This document shows, piece by piece, positions 38,083 through 47,764 of a stretch of 64,000 nucleotides of DNA. The stretch is from the NCBI GenBank assembly GCA_013426015.1, contig CP058998.1, positions 920,142-984,141 of the forward strand, in the 5' to 3' direction. How positions within the stretch are numbered: the first letter of the stretch is position 1; each line of letters begins with the position of its first letter. The DNA is from Candidatus Fermentimicrarchaeum limneticum (GTDB taxonomy: Archaea > Micrarchaeota > Micrarchaeia > Burarchaeales > Fermentimicrarchaeaceae). The translations under genes and the position numbers were made by a program. The notes below the pieces were generated by a model that made no database searches, was not told the DNA's origin, and saw nothing but the letters and a program-made list of their open reading frames with translations.

Positions 38083-38283
38083 TCAAAGTTCCGCGTACCT
38101 GAGAACTTCCTGCTTCTCCTCATTTGTCAGCTTCTTGCTCTGCAGCACATTTTCCTTAAAATCAGCATCGAACTGCTCCTCCTGAGTTGCATTGCTACTG
38201 AGGAACTTTAGGCGTATATCATGCTTTTCTATGTGTCCGTCCCACATTTCAATTATGCGCTGCTTCTCATCAGAACTCATCAA
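38083..38283 (-). CDS. Small hypothetical protein
   Basis: 66 aa with RBS GGAGG upstream. Confidence 0.55.
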   Translation of the reverse strand: MMSSDEKQRIIEMWDGHIEKHDIRLKFLSSNATQEEQFDADFKENVLQSKKLTNEEKQEVLRYAEL

Positions 38284-38335
38284 CTAGCCTCCATGGACAA
38301 GTTATGGACGTCGAACAATATAATACAATGCCTCA

Positions 38336-38881
38336 TCAGATATCGTAAGGCCTTACTTCCTCAAAGCTGACCACGAACTTCTTCTTCGGGCATTTCTCAA
38401 CAGTATCCCTTGCCCTTCCCCCGAGGCTCCTCAATGAGGCGATGAATAAAACCAATTCTCTTCCCCTACCCCTCTTCTCAGCCTCAGCAGCCCTGCCTAT
38501 CAGCGACTCCACCTCGCTCTCAGTAACCTCCTCACCCCATTTCACTTCTCCCAGAATAAGGTACTTTGAGCTTACTCCTATCGCGTCAAAGCAGGCATCA
38601 CCCCAAGTTATTCCGGCGACCTCAGAGGGAGGGACAATAAAACCAGCGTGAACCAATGCATCCCTCACCCTGTCCCTTGCGAATTTTTCCATCTTCTCCA
38701 CTTCGGCAATCTTCCCGTTCTCAAGCAGGACTTCCTGATAGTTGCCTGTGTACTCCAGAGCAGAAATGATTTTTCTCTTAAGAACAGAAATAGGGTCGTC
38801 TATCTCCGCCTTTACCTTATTGAATACTTTCTCAGGCTCCTCCCTCGCCACCCTGCTCTTCAGCACGGCAAGCAGACCCAA
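38336..38881 (-). CDS. Protein with C-terminal PD-(D/E)xK restriction-endonuclease-like domain
   Basis: FDAIG....LILGEVKW motif. Confidence 0.6.
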   Translation of the reverse strand: MGLLAVLKSRVAREEPEKVFNKVKAEIDDPISVLKRKIISALEYTGNYQEVLLENGKIAEVEKMEKFARDRVRDALVHAGFIVPPSEVAGITWGDACFDAIGVSSKYLILGEVKWGEEVTESEVESLIGRAAEAEKRGRGRELVLFIASLRSLGGRARDTVEKCPKKKFVVSFEEVRPYDI

Positions 38882-38931
38882 CCTACCACCCCCTTCAAGC
38901 GACCTTCCTGCCGCTGCAGCTTAGAATATAG

Positions 38932-38955
38932 CGAAAGGTATATATATAACTTTCG
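38932..38955. promoter_or_regulatory. Palindromic bidirectional BRE-TATA element
   Basis: CGAAAG-G-TATATATATA-A-CTTTCG between divergent genes. Confidence 0.6.
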
Positions 38956-39044
38956 TTTCTTTAGACTAATTACAGTTTATTATACGCAATACACCCCAAT
39001 ATACAGAATAGTATTTAAAATACAGAAACCATAACCTATTCAGG

Positions 39045-39395
39045 GTGAATATGGGGAGACAGGCAAACAACCAGGGTGAGCATAAATGGCGCCATCTCAG
39101 GGTGCTGGTGAAGCCCCAGAACCAGGCGATAATACATTTGCTTAGCGACGGCAAGCCCCGCATGCCTGTCGAGATATGCCGGGAGCTGAAGGAGTTCCCC
39201 AAGGCCACTCTGTATATAGCGATGAGGGAGCTTGTGATGAAGAAGATTCTCATACCGAAGATAATTGTGGAAAAGGGAAAAAAGAGGAAGACGCTTACCG
39301 ACATACTGGGCTACACACTGGACCCGGATGTCTCTGAATTGATAAAACTGCTGAATGAGGCCGACAAGCTGGCTGAGAACATATCCATGAGGTAG
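39045..39395 (+). CDS. Winged-helix transcriptional regulator
   Basis: IIHLLSDGKPRMPVEICREL..PKATLYIAMRELV wHTH pattern; first gene of the V4R operon. Confidence 0.75.
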   Translation: MNMGRQANNQGEHKWRHLRVLVKPQNQAIIHLLSDGKPRMPVEICRELKEFPKATLYIAMRELVMKKILIPKIIVEKGKKRKTLTDILGYTLDPDVSELIKLLNEADKLAENISMR

Positions 39396-39905
39396 ATGGG
39401 TTTGAAAGGAATGATATCAATTGAAAAGGGCCTTGTCGTGGTTGCAGGAGAGAGGTCAGTCCTCATACCTCCCAGCTTCATAACACTGCTCCAGGATAGG
39501 GTGATGAAGGAGAAAGGAGAGAAATGGAGGGAGATATTCTACGAAGCGGGAAAGAAGGCGATGGACAATCTGGCACCGACTTACAAACTAATTATGCTCA
39601 TCCCGAGGAATTCTGCTTCGAAGAAAAAATTGATTGAAGAGCTGGTCGAAATCTGGTCTTGGATGAGCTGCGGAAGACCGGAAGTTACGAAAATTGACCT
39701 GAGAAACAACCACTTCACCTTCAGAGTCTACGGCTCCACTATTGCTAAACCATATCTAGGTAGAGGAGAAATGATGTGCGACTACCTGGCAGGGATGGTG
39801 GCTGGAGGATTTGGAAGTATAATCGGGGAGTCTTTGAAATGCAGGGAGGTTAAATGCATCGCAAACGGAAATGAATTCTGTGAGTTTGAAGTAACAGGTG
39901 TATGA
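39396..39905 (+). CDS. V4R domain protein 1
   Basis: YEAGK, CDYLAG..AG and CREVKCIANGNEFCEF. Confidence 0.88.
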   Translation: MGLKGMISIEKGLVVVAGERSVLIPPSFITLLQDRVMKEKGEKWREIFYEAGKKAMDNLAPTYKLIMLIPRNSASKKKLIEELVEIWSWMSCGRPEVTKIDLRNNHFTFRVYGSTIAKPYLGRGEMMCDYLAGMVAGGFGSIIGESLKCREVKCIANGNEFCEFEVTGV

Positions 39906-39906
39906 C

Positions 39907-40473
39907 ATGGCTGACTACGTCCAGAAGAAACGGAAGGAGCTGTTCCTCTTCGGCGAGCAGCTTTCTGTGCTGGATGTCCGAAGCTTCTACTATCTCAAAA
40001 AGGAGCTTGGAAGGAGTGTCAGAAATTCCAACGAGCTTCTCTATGATGCTGGGAAAGACGCGGTTCAGAAGATGCAGTCCAGCTTCGTCAAGTTCCTAGG
40101 GGACAGCGCCAGAGTGCTGATGTCAGATCCAGAGAATGCCTTGAACGAGTTTGTAGAAGTTCTGAACTATCTAGGATTGGGAGAAATATCCATCCCAGAA
40201 TCCGGCCTCAAAACAATTAAGTTCGTGGTGAGGCATTCTGCAGAGGCGCAGGAATATGTGAATCTGAAGGAGAGGAGCAAGTCTCCGGTGTGTTATGCTC
40301 TTGCAGGAATTTTTGCGGGAGTTTGTGAGGGGATACTGCAAAATCCAGTTGAATGCAAAGAGACAAGATGCATTGCTTGTGGAGAGGAGGTTTGCGAGTT
40401 TGTCATTCCGAGTGGTGATGACATAATACTTACACGAGGTGGTGGGGATGATAGACAAGGACATAAAGCATGA
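39907..40473 (+). CDS. V4R domain protein 2
   Basis: YDAGK, GLGE, PVCYALAGIFAG and ETRCIACGEEVCEF. Confidence 0.88.
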   Translation: MADYVQKKRKELFLFGEQLSVLDVRSFYYLKKELGRSVRNSNELLYDAGKDAVQKMQSSFVKFLGDSARVLMSDPENALNEFVEVLNYLGLGEISIPESGLKTIKFVVRHSAEAQEYVNLKERSKSPVCYALAGIFAGVCEGILQNPVECKETRCIACGEEVCEFVIPSGDDIILTRGGGDDRQGHKA

Positions 40474-40978
40474 GGTAATTATTGAGGATGGGAAGACGAC
40501 TATTGCTGGGCAGAGAGCAATGCTGCTTTCTGTCAAGACAATAGCCACCCAGCAGAAGGAGCTGGAAAGGCTTGTTGGCGAAAAGTGGGGCGAAGTAGTT
40601 TACGAAGCAGAGAGGAAGGCAATACAGGAGGCAGCCCTGCAGATTTTCGGTCTGAAGCAGCTGGATTCCTTCACGAAGGGCAAAACATTCGACAAGAAGA
40701 GAATGGTTGATACCCTAGTTGATATATTCAACTGCGCCGGCTATGGTGTTTTAAAACTGAAGAAATTTGATGAGAAGAAGCCCTACGCACTTGTGACTAT
40801 GGAGAAGTCAACAATCCCTCAGGAGTATGAGAAGAGGAACTCTCCAGTCTGCTTCAGGGTTGCAGGCATACTCGCCGGAGGTGCCGAAGCGGTGTTCATG
40901 GTGCCCATGAAGTGCAAGGAGACGAAATGCATGTCGATGGGCGATTCGCATTGTGAGTTTGAGATAAGCAGAAGGTGA
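40448..40978 (+). CDS. V4R domain protein 3
   Basis: GYG, PVCFRVAGILAG and ETKCMSMGDSHCEF. Confidence 0.88.
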   Translation: MIDKDIKHEVIIEDGKTTIAGQRAMLLSVKTIATQQKELERLVGEKWGEVVYEAERKAIQEAALQIFGLKQLDSFTKGKTFDKKRMVDTLVDIFNCAGYGVLKLKKFDEKKPYALVTMEKSTIPQEYEKRNSPVCFRVAGILAGGAEAVFMVPMKCKETKCMSMGDSHCEFEISRR

Positions 40979-41538
40979 ATAAATTGAAAGACATGGCAGA
41001 AACCATAAAGTTGGAAGAAGGGAAAGTTACCATGTGCGGTATGCCCATAGTATTTGTCTTCACAAAGTCTGTCTACTACATGCAGAAAGAGTTGGAAAGA
41101 GCGCTAGGTGAGAAGTGGAAGAGAATGATGTACGAATGCGGCAAGAATGATGCAATGATTACCGTATCGGGCTTTTTTTCGCTGTTCCAGAATGAGAATA
41201 AGATAAAAGAACTGCTGCTTGTTGGCAAACCAGACCCCCTGAATAAAGCCGAATCTATGCAGTTCTTTACGAACCAATTCAATAAAATGGGTCTCGGTAG
41301 AGTGGAGATGGCAGAAACAGATGTCAACAAACTATCTTTTATCCTGAGATTCCATTTCAGTCCAGTTGCACAGGCCTATCTGGAACATGAGAAAGGCACT
41401 GAACCAGTATGCCACTATTTCTCGGGTTTGTGGTCCGGTGCATCCTCAACTTTCTACCCTGGCCTAGAAGCTGTTGAAAAGAAGTGCATTTCACGAGGAG
41501 ACCCCTACTGTGAGTTTGAAGTAAAGATGAGGCGATGA
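40975..41538 (+). CDS. V4R domain protein 4
   Basis: YECGK, GLGR, PVCHYFSG and EKKCISRGDPYCEF. Confidence 0.88.
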   Translation: MNKLKDMAETIKLEEGKVTMCGMPIVFVFTKSVYYMQKELERALGEKWKRMMYECGKNDAMITVSGFFSLFQNENKIKELLLVGKPDPLNKAESMQFFTNQFNKMGLGRVEMAETDVNKLSFILRFHFSPVAQAYLEHEKGTEPVCHYFSGLWSGASSTFYPGLEAVEKKCISRGDPYCEFEVKMRR

Positions 41539-41539
41539 T

Positions 41540-42079
41540 GTGAAACATATGGTTGAATTAATGAAACTTAATGAAGGAAAAATTACGTTGTGTGAGGTAC
41601 CTATAATATTCACCTTTACAAAATCAATGTATTACATGCAAAAAGAACTTGAAAAAATGGCAGGAGAAGCCTGGAAGAGAATATTCTACGATTGCGGCAA
41701 GATTGATGGGATAGGTTGCAATTCAAACTATGTAGGTATTTTCCATAACGACCCAGAATTTCAGAAAATAGCGGCCGATAAATTTAATGCCTTTAGCTTT
41801 TGTGTTGATGAGTTCAACAAGCTTGGAAAAGGAAGATTAGAGATAATAACCACAGATAAGGACAAGCCCCTCTTTGTATTGCGATATTATTTTAGTCCCA
41901 TAGCACTAGCCTACTTAGAACATGAGAGAGCTAACAAACCAGTTTGTTACCATTTTGCAGGAGTATTTGCAGGAGCAGCAAATGTTGTCTATCCAGGCAT
42001 AGAGGTAATCGAAACTAAATGCTTCGCGAAGGGAGATCCCTATTGCGAGTTTATTTTTGAAATACCTAAGAACAGGTGA
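41540..42079 (+). CDS. V4R domain protein 5
   Basis: YDCGK, GKGR, PVCYHFAG and ETKCFAKGDPYCEF. Confidence 0.88.
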   Translation: MKHMVELMKLNEGKITLCEVPIIFTFTKSMYYMQKELEKMAGEAWKRIFYDCGKIDGIGCNSNYVGIFHNDPEFQKIAADKFNAFSFCVDEFNKLGKGRLEIITTDKDKPLFVLRYYFSPIALAYLEHERANKPVCYHFAGVFAGAANVVYPGIEVIETKCFAKGDPYCEFIFEIPKNR

Positions 42080-42083
42080 TTGT

Positions 42084-42620
42084 ATGAAGCACATGATTGA
42101 CACTCTCAAAATAGAGGAAGGGAAAGTTATGATGTGCAATATGCCCTTCATTATCACATTTACAAAATCAATCTACTATATGCAGAAAGAATTACAAAAA
42201 GTAGCTGGAAATTCTTGGAAGAGAATAGTATACGAATGTGGAAAACTGGATGTAACTGTCTTGCAATCAAATTATTTTGCTATGTTCCATGATGACCCGG
42301 CAGTTAAAAAACTGATTTCTGATAGACGCGCTAGTTTTAAATTCTGTGTTGACGAATTCAATAAAATGGGGAAAGGAAAGCTCGAAATAATCGAAGAAGA
42401 TGCAGACAAATTCAGATTCGTTTTGAGGTTGCATTTCTGTGGGATTGCTCTTGCTTACTTAGAACATGAGACAGTCAGAGAGCCCGTTTGTTATCACTTT
42501 GCAGGTATATTCGCAGCTGGAACAAACACATTCTTTCCGGGTGTTGAAGCAGTTGAAACCAAGTGCGTGGCTAAAGGCGATCCATATTGCGAATTCGTTA
42601 TAGAAGTACCTAAGAACTAA
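42084..42620 (+). CDS. V4R domain protein 6
   Basis: YECGK, GKGK, PVCYHFAG and ETKCVAKGDPYCEF; RBS AGGTGA. Confidence 0.88.
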   Translation: MKHMIDTLKIEEGKVMMCNMPFIITFTKSIYYMQKELQKVAGNSWKRIVYECGKLDVTVLQSNYFAMFHDDPAVKKLISDRRASFKFCVDEFNKMGKGKLEIIEEDADKFRFVLRLHFCGIALAYLEHETVREPVCYHFAGIFAAGTNTFFPGVEAVETKCVAKGDPYCEFVIEVPKN

Positions 42621-42650
42621 CACTTGTTACATAACCCGGCATAAGAATTT

Positions 42651-43796
42651 TTAAATGGACTCTATCATTTTAAGTGTCAATAAAAATAGCCTAGGATTAC
42701 TCAAAAAAACACTAATCAGCTTTACTTTATTATTCATAACAATCTCCTTATTAGAGTGATTGAAGTCTACGCAGTCATCCTGCAGTTTCCTCGCTACTCT
42801 CAGAATTAAATCTAAATCATTATTATCCAACTTCTCCAAAATTCTTTTATTGAACTCTCCTCTTCGTATACTAGGATAAATAGTGTTCTTAACCTGTTCT
42901 TCATAATGTCCCAAATCTTCATTTTCTAAGATACTCTTTCCAGCCAAATATGATGAAATTATAGCGTATTTAAAACCAAAACCAAAACAAGGATCTATGA
43001 GACCTGCCGCTTCGCCAACCAATAATATATTATCTCGTGTTATACTCCTTCTCAGACCACTAATGTTACCTTTACCTTGAAAGTAATTTAATATCCTACC
43101 TCTAGGACGAACCGTATTAATGAATTTTTGGTAGCATAATTTTGCATCCCCCCCGGATACTGCACAAATAGTAGTCAGTTTGTCTGATGCTATGTAAACA
43201 TATCCGCTTTGTAACAAGTCTCTATTAAAGTATAGCTGCGGTGCGGAGTCTCTAAGATTCTCAAATTTTCCAGTAGCTCCGTACGCATATAAATACTTCA
43301 TTCTACTTGCCTCAGGATCTACGAAATACGCAGTCCTCGAGTCTCCACCATCCGCCCCAACAATTACATCTGCCTTATCCTCAAAAGTCCTTCCCCCTTT
43401 ATGATAAATCACTTTACCATCATTTATTCTAACAAAACTAGCATTTGTTATCAGTTCACAACCATTATCTAAAGCTTCCTCACTAAGTTGCATTTCAAGG
43501 AGTGGTCTTTCAAACAAAAAATAATCGATTTCACTCAACCTCAGTCTAAATTCCTCATTCTTTGAATGCCATACCGACTGTCTCCCTATACAAGACGGCT
43601 TTATTCTTAATTTTTCCAGAACCTTATCCAAATTACCTGAATTTTCAACCAGATCTATCTTTCTCTTTACAAACCCAACTTTATTTTTTCTCTCTATAAC
43701 TTTAACTTTCATCCTTTTGGATAATATCCGAGATAGCACTAGCCCAGACAAGCCAGCTCCAACAATAAACACTTCCCCCTCCTTAGCCATACTCAT
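42651..43796 (-). CDS. Geranylgeranyl reductase-family FAD oxidoreductase
   Basis: VGAGLSG, IVGADG..S and LLVGEAAG.IDP..GFG motifs. Confidence 0.8.
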   Translation of the reverse strand: MSMAKEGEVFIVGAGLSGLVLSRILSKRMKVKVIERKNKVGFVKRKIDLVENSGNLDKVLEKLRIKPSCIGRQSVWHSKNEEFRLRLSEIDYFLFERPLLEMQLSEEALDNGCELITNASFVRINDGKVIYHKGGRTFEDKADVIVGADGGDSRTAYFVDPEASRMKYLYAYGATGKFENLRDSAPQLYFNRDLLQSGYVYIASDKLTTICAVSGGDAKLCYQKFINTVRPRGRILNYFQGKGNISGLRRSITRDNILLVGEAAGLIDPCFGFGFKYAIISSYLAGKSILENEDLGHYEEQVKNTIYPSIRRGEFNKRILEKLDNNDLDLILRVARKLQDDCVDFNHSNKEIVMNNKVKLISVFLSNPRLFLLTLKMIESI

Positions 43797-43938
43797 AGAT
43801 TAATTTAACTTCTTTAAATTATATATGGTGATAAATACTACTCTACGATAGATTTGAATAATACCACTCAAAGTCGTTATCGATTCAATAAGAAACATTT
43901 ATATGTAAAGTTCATATATACTTATAGGTGCGACCACA

Positions 43939-44313
43939 ATGTCCGAAGAAACTATGCTAAGTGTATTAGAAGACCTGCTCAAAGAAGAAGATGTACTAGC
44001 GATAATGTTAGCCCGAAAAAATGAAATCTCGGTGAGTCCACCACCAGACAAGTTCAAATTGAAAAATCCCTCGATATTTTCTCTTCTTCAATCAACAATG
44101 AATGAGTTTTTTGTTGTAATAGAAAAATTTTCTTCACAAGGATTAGATAAGATATATTTCGAACTAGGAGAATACGAACTCATGTTCTTTCTTATAGGTG
44201 GCGATACTGCATTAGTGTCAATAATACCCGCTCTAGCTAATAAAGGTCTCTTAGAGGTTGAGATGGAAAATGCGAGACTAAAAATAAGAGAACTTATACA
44301 AAAAGGAGTCTAA
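43939..44313 (+). CDS. Roadblock/LC7 (MglB-like) protein
   Basis: 124 aa with helix-strand order of the Roadblock fold, ending ANKGLLEVEM. Confidence 0.7.
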   Translation: MSEETMLSVLEDLLKEEDVLAIMLARKNEISVSPPPDKFKLKNPSIFSLLQSTMNEFFVVIEKFSSQGLDKIYFELGEYELMFFLIGGDTALVSIIPALANKGLLEVEMENARLKIRELIQKGV

Positions 44314-45561
44314 ATGTTTAGTGCAAGTGTCGGACTATCCAGAAATTGGGAACCTTTCGATGCGGGAGAAGAGATAGTAATAAATACCCTAGAAAAATTG
44401 GAGGGAGAACCGAAATTTTTTCTCTTATTCCCGACAATCCACTTCGAAAAAAACAATGGCTTTCAAAAATTACTTGATGGAGTTTTTTCGCAACTAAATA
44501 GGAGTACCCCACTACTTGGGTGCAGTGTTGCTGGCTTTATTAATCCAAAAGGATGCTATACGAGAGGCGTTACCAGCCTCGCAATTGCTGATCCAGACAT
44601 GCAGGTTACCATTGCCTTAGGTAAAAATGCGAAAAAGACCCCCCAGAAGGCTGCAGAAGAATTTGCCAATATGATTAAGAAAGAAAAATCAAAAAACAAT
44701 AGTGGTGTTCTTTTCCTAATATTGCCGGGATCAACTCTTCCTAAAGACATTTTTCATAGAACACGACGTATTAGCAATCCACTGTTATCGTCACTTTTTG
44801 ATAAATTTTTTCCACTCTATCTAGCACTATCTAAAGAGGGAGTGGCGAAAGAATCGGAATTCATAGACAAATTATATTCACGTATATCCGAAAAAATGAT
44901 CGGCATCTCTGCTTGGGATAATAACTTAGGTTTTAGTAACTATCAATTTTTTGGTAATCGAGTTCTACAAAATAGTGCGGTTGGCCTATATCTAAGTTTT
45001 AGTGGAGAAATAACAATAAAATATGCCACACCACTAAAGATTTTTTCAGAAAAATTACGGGTAACAAAAAAGGATAACTCTAACTATCTTATAAATGAAA
45101 TAAACGGTCTAAATGCGCCGGACCTTTTCTTCAAAGAACTAAAACTTGAAAAAAAATATCTCACCGAGGAGCTACTTAGAAAAATAACATTGGGCTTCCC
45201 TATAAGCGCATACTGCGGTAATATATTTTTCAATAGAGTTATTGGTCTATACTCTGATAAATTTTTAGGTCTAACTACTGCTCTAAATACCCCCGAAATC
45301 TACATCTCGACAGCAAGTGGCAGTTCTATAATTAATTCCTTCGATAAAGTTACAGATGGTGGAGAAAAAACCAATTTCGTTTTTGGCGTGAGCTGTGCAG
45401 TTCTTTTAGAAGAAGTAGGCAGTAAAATTTTTGAAGTAAAAAATATTCTAGAAAAAAAACAGATTAAGAATTTTCTATTTTTGTTTGGCGGTTCTGAACA
45501 TTTTATGACCGAAGTAACTCCGATTTCTAGTCAAGAGAGTTCAGTAACTACCTTTTTTTAA
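44314..45561 (+). CDS. FIST domain sensory protein
   Basis: PLLGCSVAGFI, INEING..A, GVSC and FGGSE motifs. Confidence 0.8.
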   Translation: MFSASVGLSRNWEPFDAGEEIVINTLEKLEGEPKFFLLFPTIHFEKNNGFQKLLDGVFSQLNRSTPLLGCSVAGFINPKGCYTRGVTSLAIADPDMQVTIALGKNAKKTPQKAAEEFANMIKKEKSKNNSGVLFLILPGSTLPKDIFHRTRRISNPLLSSLFDKFFPLYLALSKEGVAKESEFIDKLYSRISEKMIGISAWDNNLGFSNYQFFGNRVLQNSAVGLYLSFSGEITIKYATPLKIFSEKLRVTKKDNSNYLINEINGLNAPDLFFKELKLEKKYLTEELLRKITLGFPISAYCGNIFFNRVIGLYSDKFLGLTTALNTPEIYISTASGSSIINSFDKVTDGGEKTNFVFGVSCAVLLEEVGSKIFEVKNILEKKQIKNFLFLFGGSEHFMTEVTPISSQESSVTTFF

Positions 45562-45649
45562 TTAAATCCCCAGACACTCCTCAAACCAATACACCCACTA
45601 AACAAGATACTTTTAATATGCTAACATTCAACACACCTATGGGATCTGC

Positions 45650-46891
45650 ATGAGTAAATATATAATCGCGGGAGGAGGACTGGCGGGTCTAGCTGCGGCT
45701 TATGCTATGCAGAACACCAAGAATAACATCTCATTATTAGAAGCTGAAAATAGAGTCGGCGGGAGGATACTCACTATACCCCATCATGGTCGATTCATGG
45801 ACCTAGGTGCTCAGTTCTACTGTAGAGGAAATCATAATTTTTGGAATCTTGCAACCGCGGTTGGTTGCTCACCCCCGAAGATCATCAAAGGTCTCGTCCC
45901 AAATATCTATCATCAGGATCGTAGACTTCTACTAACACTAAAGAATATCCTGCTGAACACCTCACTTAAAGAAAAGATAGAACTGTCAAAACTACGTTAT
46001 AAATTAAATAGGTTTGATTATAACTCCGATTTTAATATAGACAATGACACTACTTTTAGTGAGTGGTACTACAAGCATATTGGCAACGAAATGCTATGGC
46101 TTTGTGATGCCCTCCTACGCGGTATTTGCTTCTCATACTCTAATAAAATATCAGCCGGTTATGCATTAAGAATACTCAAGGCTATACTTGCAGATAACCT
46201 TTATACATTCAACGAAGGAATGGGGGAGATAAACACAAAACTTGAGAATTTTTTAAATAGAAGAAAAAACGTACATCTTATCCTGAAGGCTGATATAAAA
46301 AAAATAAATATAGAGAATGACGCCGTATCTGACTGCACCTATGAATTTCAAAATAATTTAGTTAATGTAAATACGAATAAATTAATTTCAACAGTACCCG
46401 CTCCGATCTTATACAAGGTATTAAATCAAAAGATAAAACCACTAAATGAGATCGAATACAGCCCCGTGGTATATCTCCTGCTCCTCTTTAACAAACATAT
46501 GCGAGGGGACTTAGACATCTTCTTCTCGGACCCGAAATTCCCCATAAGCGGAACTGCAAATGAGATGTATAAATTTCAAGGTGGTATGGGTGCACTGGGT
46601 GTTATCTTCCCAGATTGTGGAAAAATTATCAAAAAGACAAATGACCAGATAACTAACCTAGCCATCAATCTGCTTTCCGACAAATTACCTATTAATGAAA
46701 AACACATCACAGGAAGCATAGTTCTACGTTGGCATTATGGTATGCCGGTACCATCACCGCAATTTTTCATTAATCAAAATGCAATAAAAAATCATGGAAT
46801 TGACGGTTTGTATATATGCGGTGATTTTATGAATATGCCATGTCTAGAAGGGGCCATAGTAAGTGTGTATGACTCGCTTAATCTAAAATAA
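45650..46891 (+). CDS. FAD-dependent oxidoreductase (amine oxidase / protoporphyrinogen oxidase family)
   Basis: GGGLAGLAAA, EAENRVGGRI, DLGAQF, RWHYGMP and CGD....LEGAIVS motifs. Confidence 0.85.
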   Translation: MSKYIIAGGGLAGLAAAYAMQNTKNNISLLEAENRVGGRILTIPHHGRFMDLGAQFYCRGNHNFWNLATAVGCSPPKIIKGLVPNIYHQDRRLLLTLKNILLNTSLKEKIELSKLRYKLNRFDYNSDFNIDNDTTFSEWYYKHIGNEMLWLCDALLRGICFSYSNKISAGYALRILKAILADNLYTFNEGMGEINTKLENFLNRRKNVHLILKADIKKINIENDAVSDCTYEFQNNLVNVNTNKLISTVPAPILYKVLNQKIKPLNEIEYSPVVYLLLLFNKHMRGDLDIFFSDPKFPISGTANEMYKFQGGMGALGVIFPDCGKIIKKTNDQITNLAINLLSDKLPINEKHITGSIVLRWHYGMPVPSPQFFINQNAIKNHGIDGLYICGDFMNMPCLEGAIVSVYDSLNLK

Positions 46892-46971
46892 TATACAGTA
46901 AATTTTTCAAAAAAAGTTTATTAGTCGGTATAAAATTTTTAACAAAGATCAACTAGTAATTGTTTGCTTTT

Positions 46972-47094
46972 TCACACCTTATCTTTATTCTCAATAACTA
47001 CAGTACGAACTCCTAACTTAGCCAATTTCAATGCAGCAGTACCTCCAGCCGGCCCGGCCCCAACAACCAGCACGTCACAATTCTGAGTTACCAT
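46972..47094 (-). pseudogene. Truncated geranylgeranyl reductase-family gene (N-terminal 40 aa)
   Basis: MVTQNCDVLVVGAGPAGGTAALKLAKLGVRTVVIENKDKV*: only the FAD-binding beta-alpha-beta unit, overlapping the upstream gene end. Not in the ORF track. Confidence 0.75.
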
Positions 47095-47722
47095 TGAACA
47101 ACCCATTTGAAGCAGTGCCAACCCGCCTCACAATAATCTCATCCGGCGTGTCCATCACTATGAACTCGTACATCCCCCTTATAATCCTGTTGGCATACCC
47201 TCCAACCATGTGGTAAGACAAATCAAACAGAAAGAATGCCAAGAAATAAATCGGCTCGAATACACCAGCAATAACCAGTAGCAGCATTACTACCTGCATG
47301 CTGAACCTGAAGTGGAAGAATGTCTTCCAAAAAGGCGAGTTTATCAGCCCCAGATCAGCCCTGTTGTTCCCCATCTCATCAATTATCCCACCGAAAACCA
47401 AAGCCGCAATTGGGAGCCAGTTCAGCATTATCGAGTTCGCAAGGAATATCGGAATTGCAAATGCAACAACAGTTGCAACCATGAAAACCGGCGTGTCTAT
47501 CTTTCTGCTTATTGCAACACCAATCACAACTGCAATTCCTATTGAGGATGCAGTCCTGTCTGTAGCTATGATATAACCGCCCAGCAACCCGCACATTACT
47601 CCAAGTGCAATCGCAACCCTCTTGTCAAACACTCCTTCGTCATACACGCAGTCAATGTACTTCAACCCGGCCCCGAGGAAGGCGAAGCTAACAAGCAGCA
47701 AGTAATACTCCATCTCTACCAC
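47075..47722 (-). CDS. Multi-pass membrane protein with acidic motifs
   Basis: About 6 TM segments; KYIDCVYDE, KID, DEMGN and FDLSY. Confidence 0.7.
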   Translation of the reverse strand: MVEMEYYLLLVSFAFLGAGLKYIDCVYDEGVFDKRVAIALGVMCGLLGGYIIATDRTASSIGIAVVIGVAISRKIDTPVFMVATVVAFAIPIFLANSIMLNWLPIAALVFGGIIDEMGNNRADLGLINSPFWKTFFHFRFSMQVVMLLLVIAGVFEPIYFLAFFLFDLSYHMVGGYANRIIRGMYEFIVMDTPDEIIVRRVGTASNGLFNGNSEL

Positions 47723-47764
47723 ATCTGGTCGCAGTTTTTCTTTCCATCCCCGGCTATTTATACT

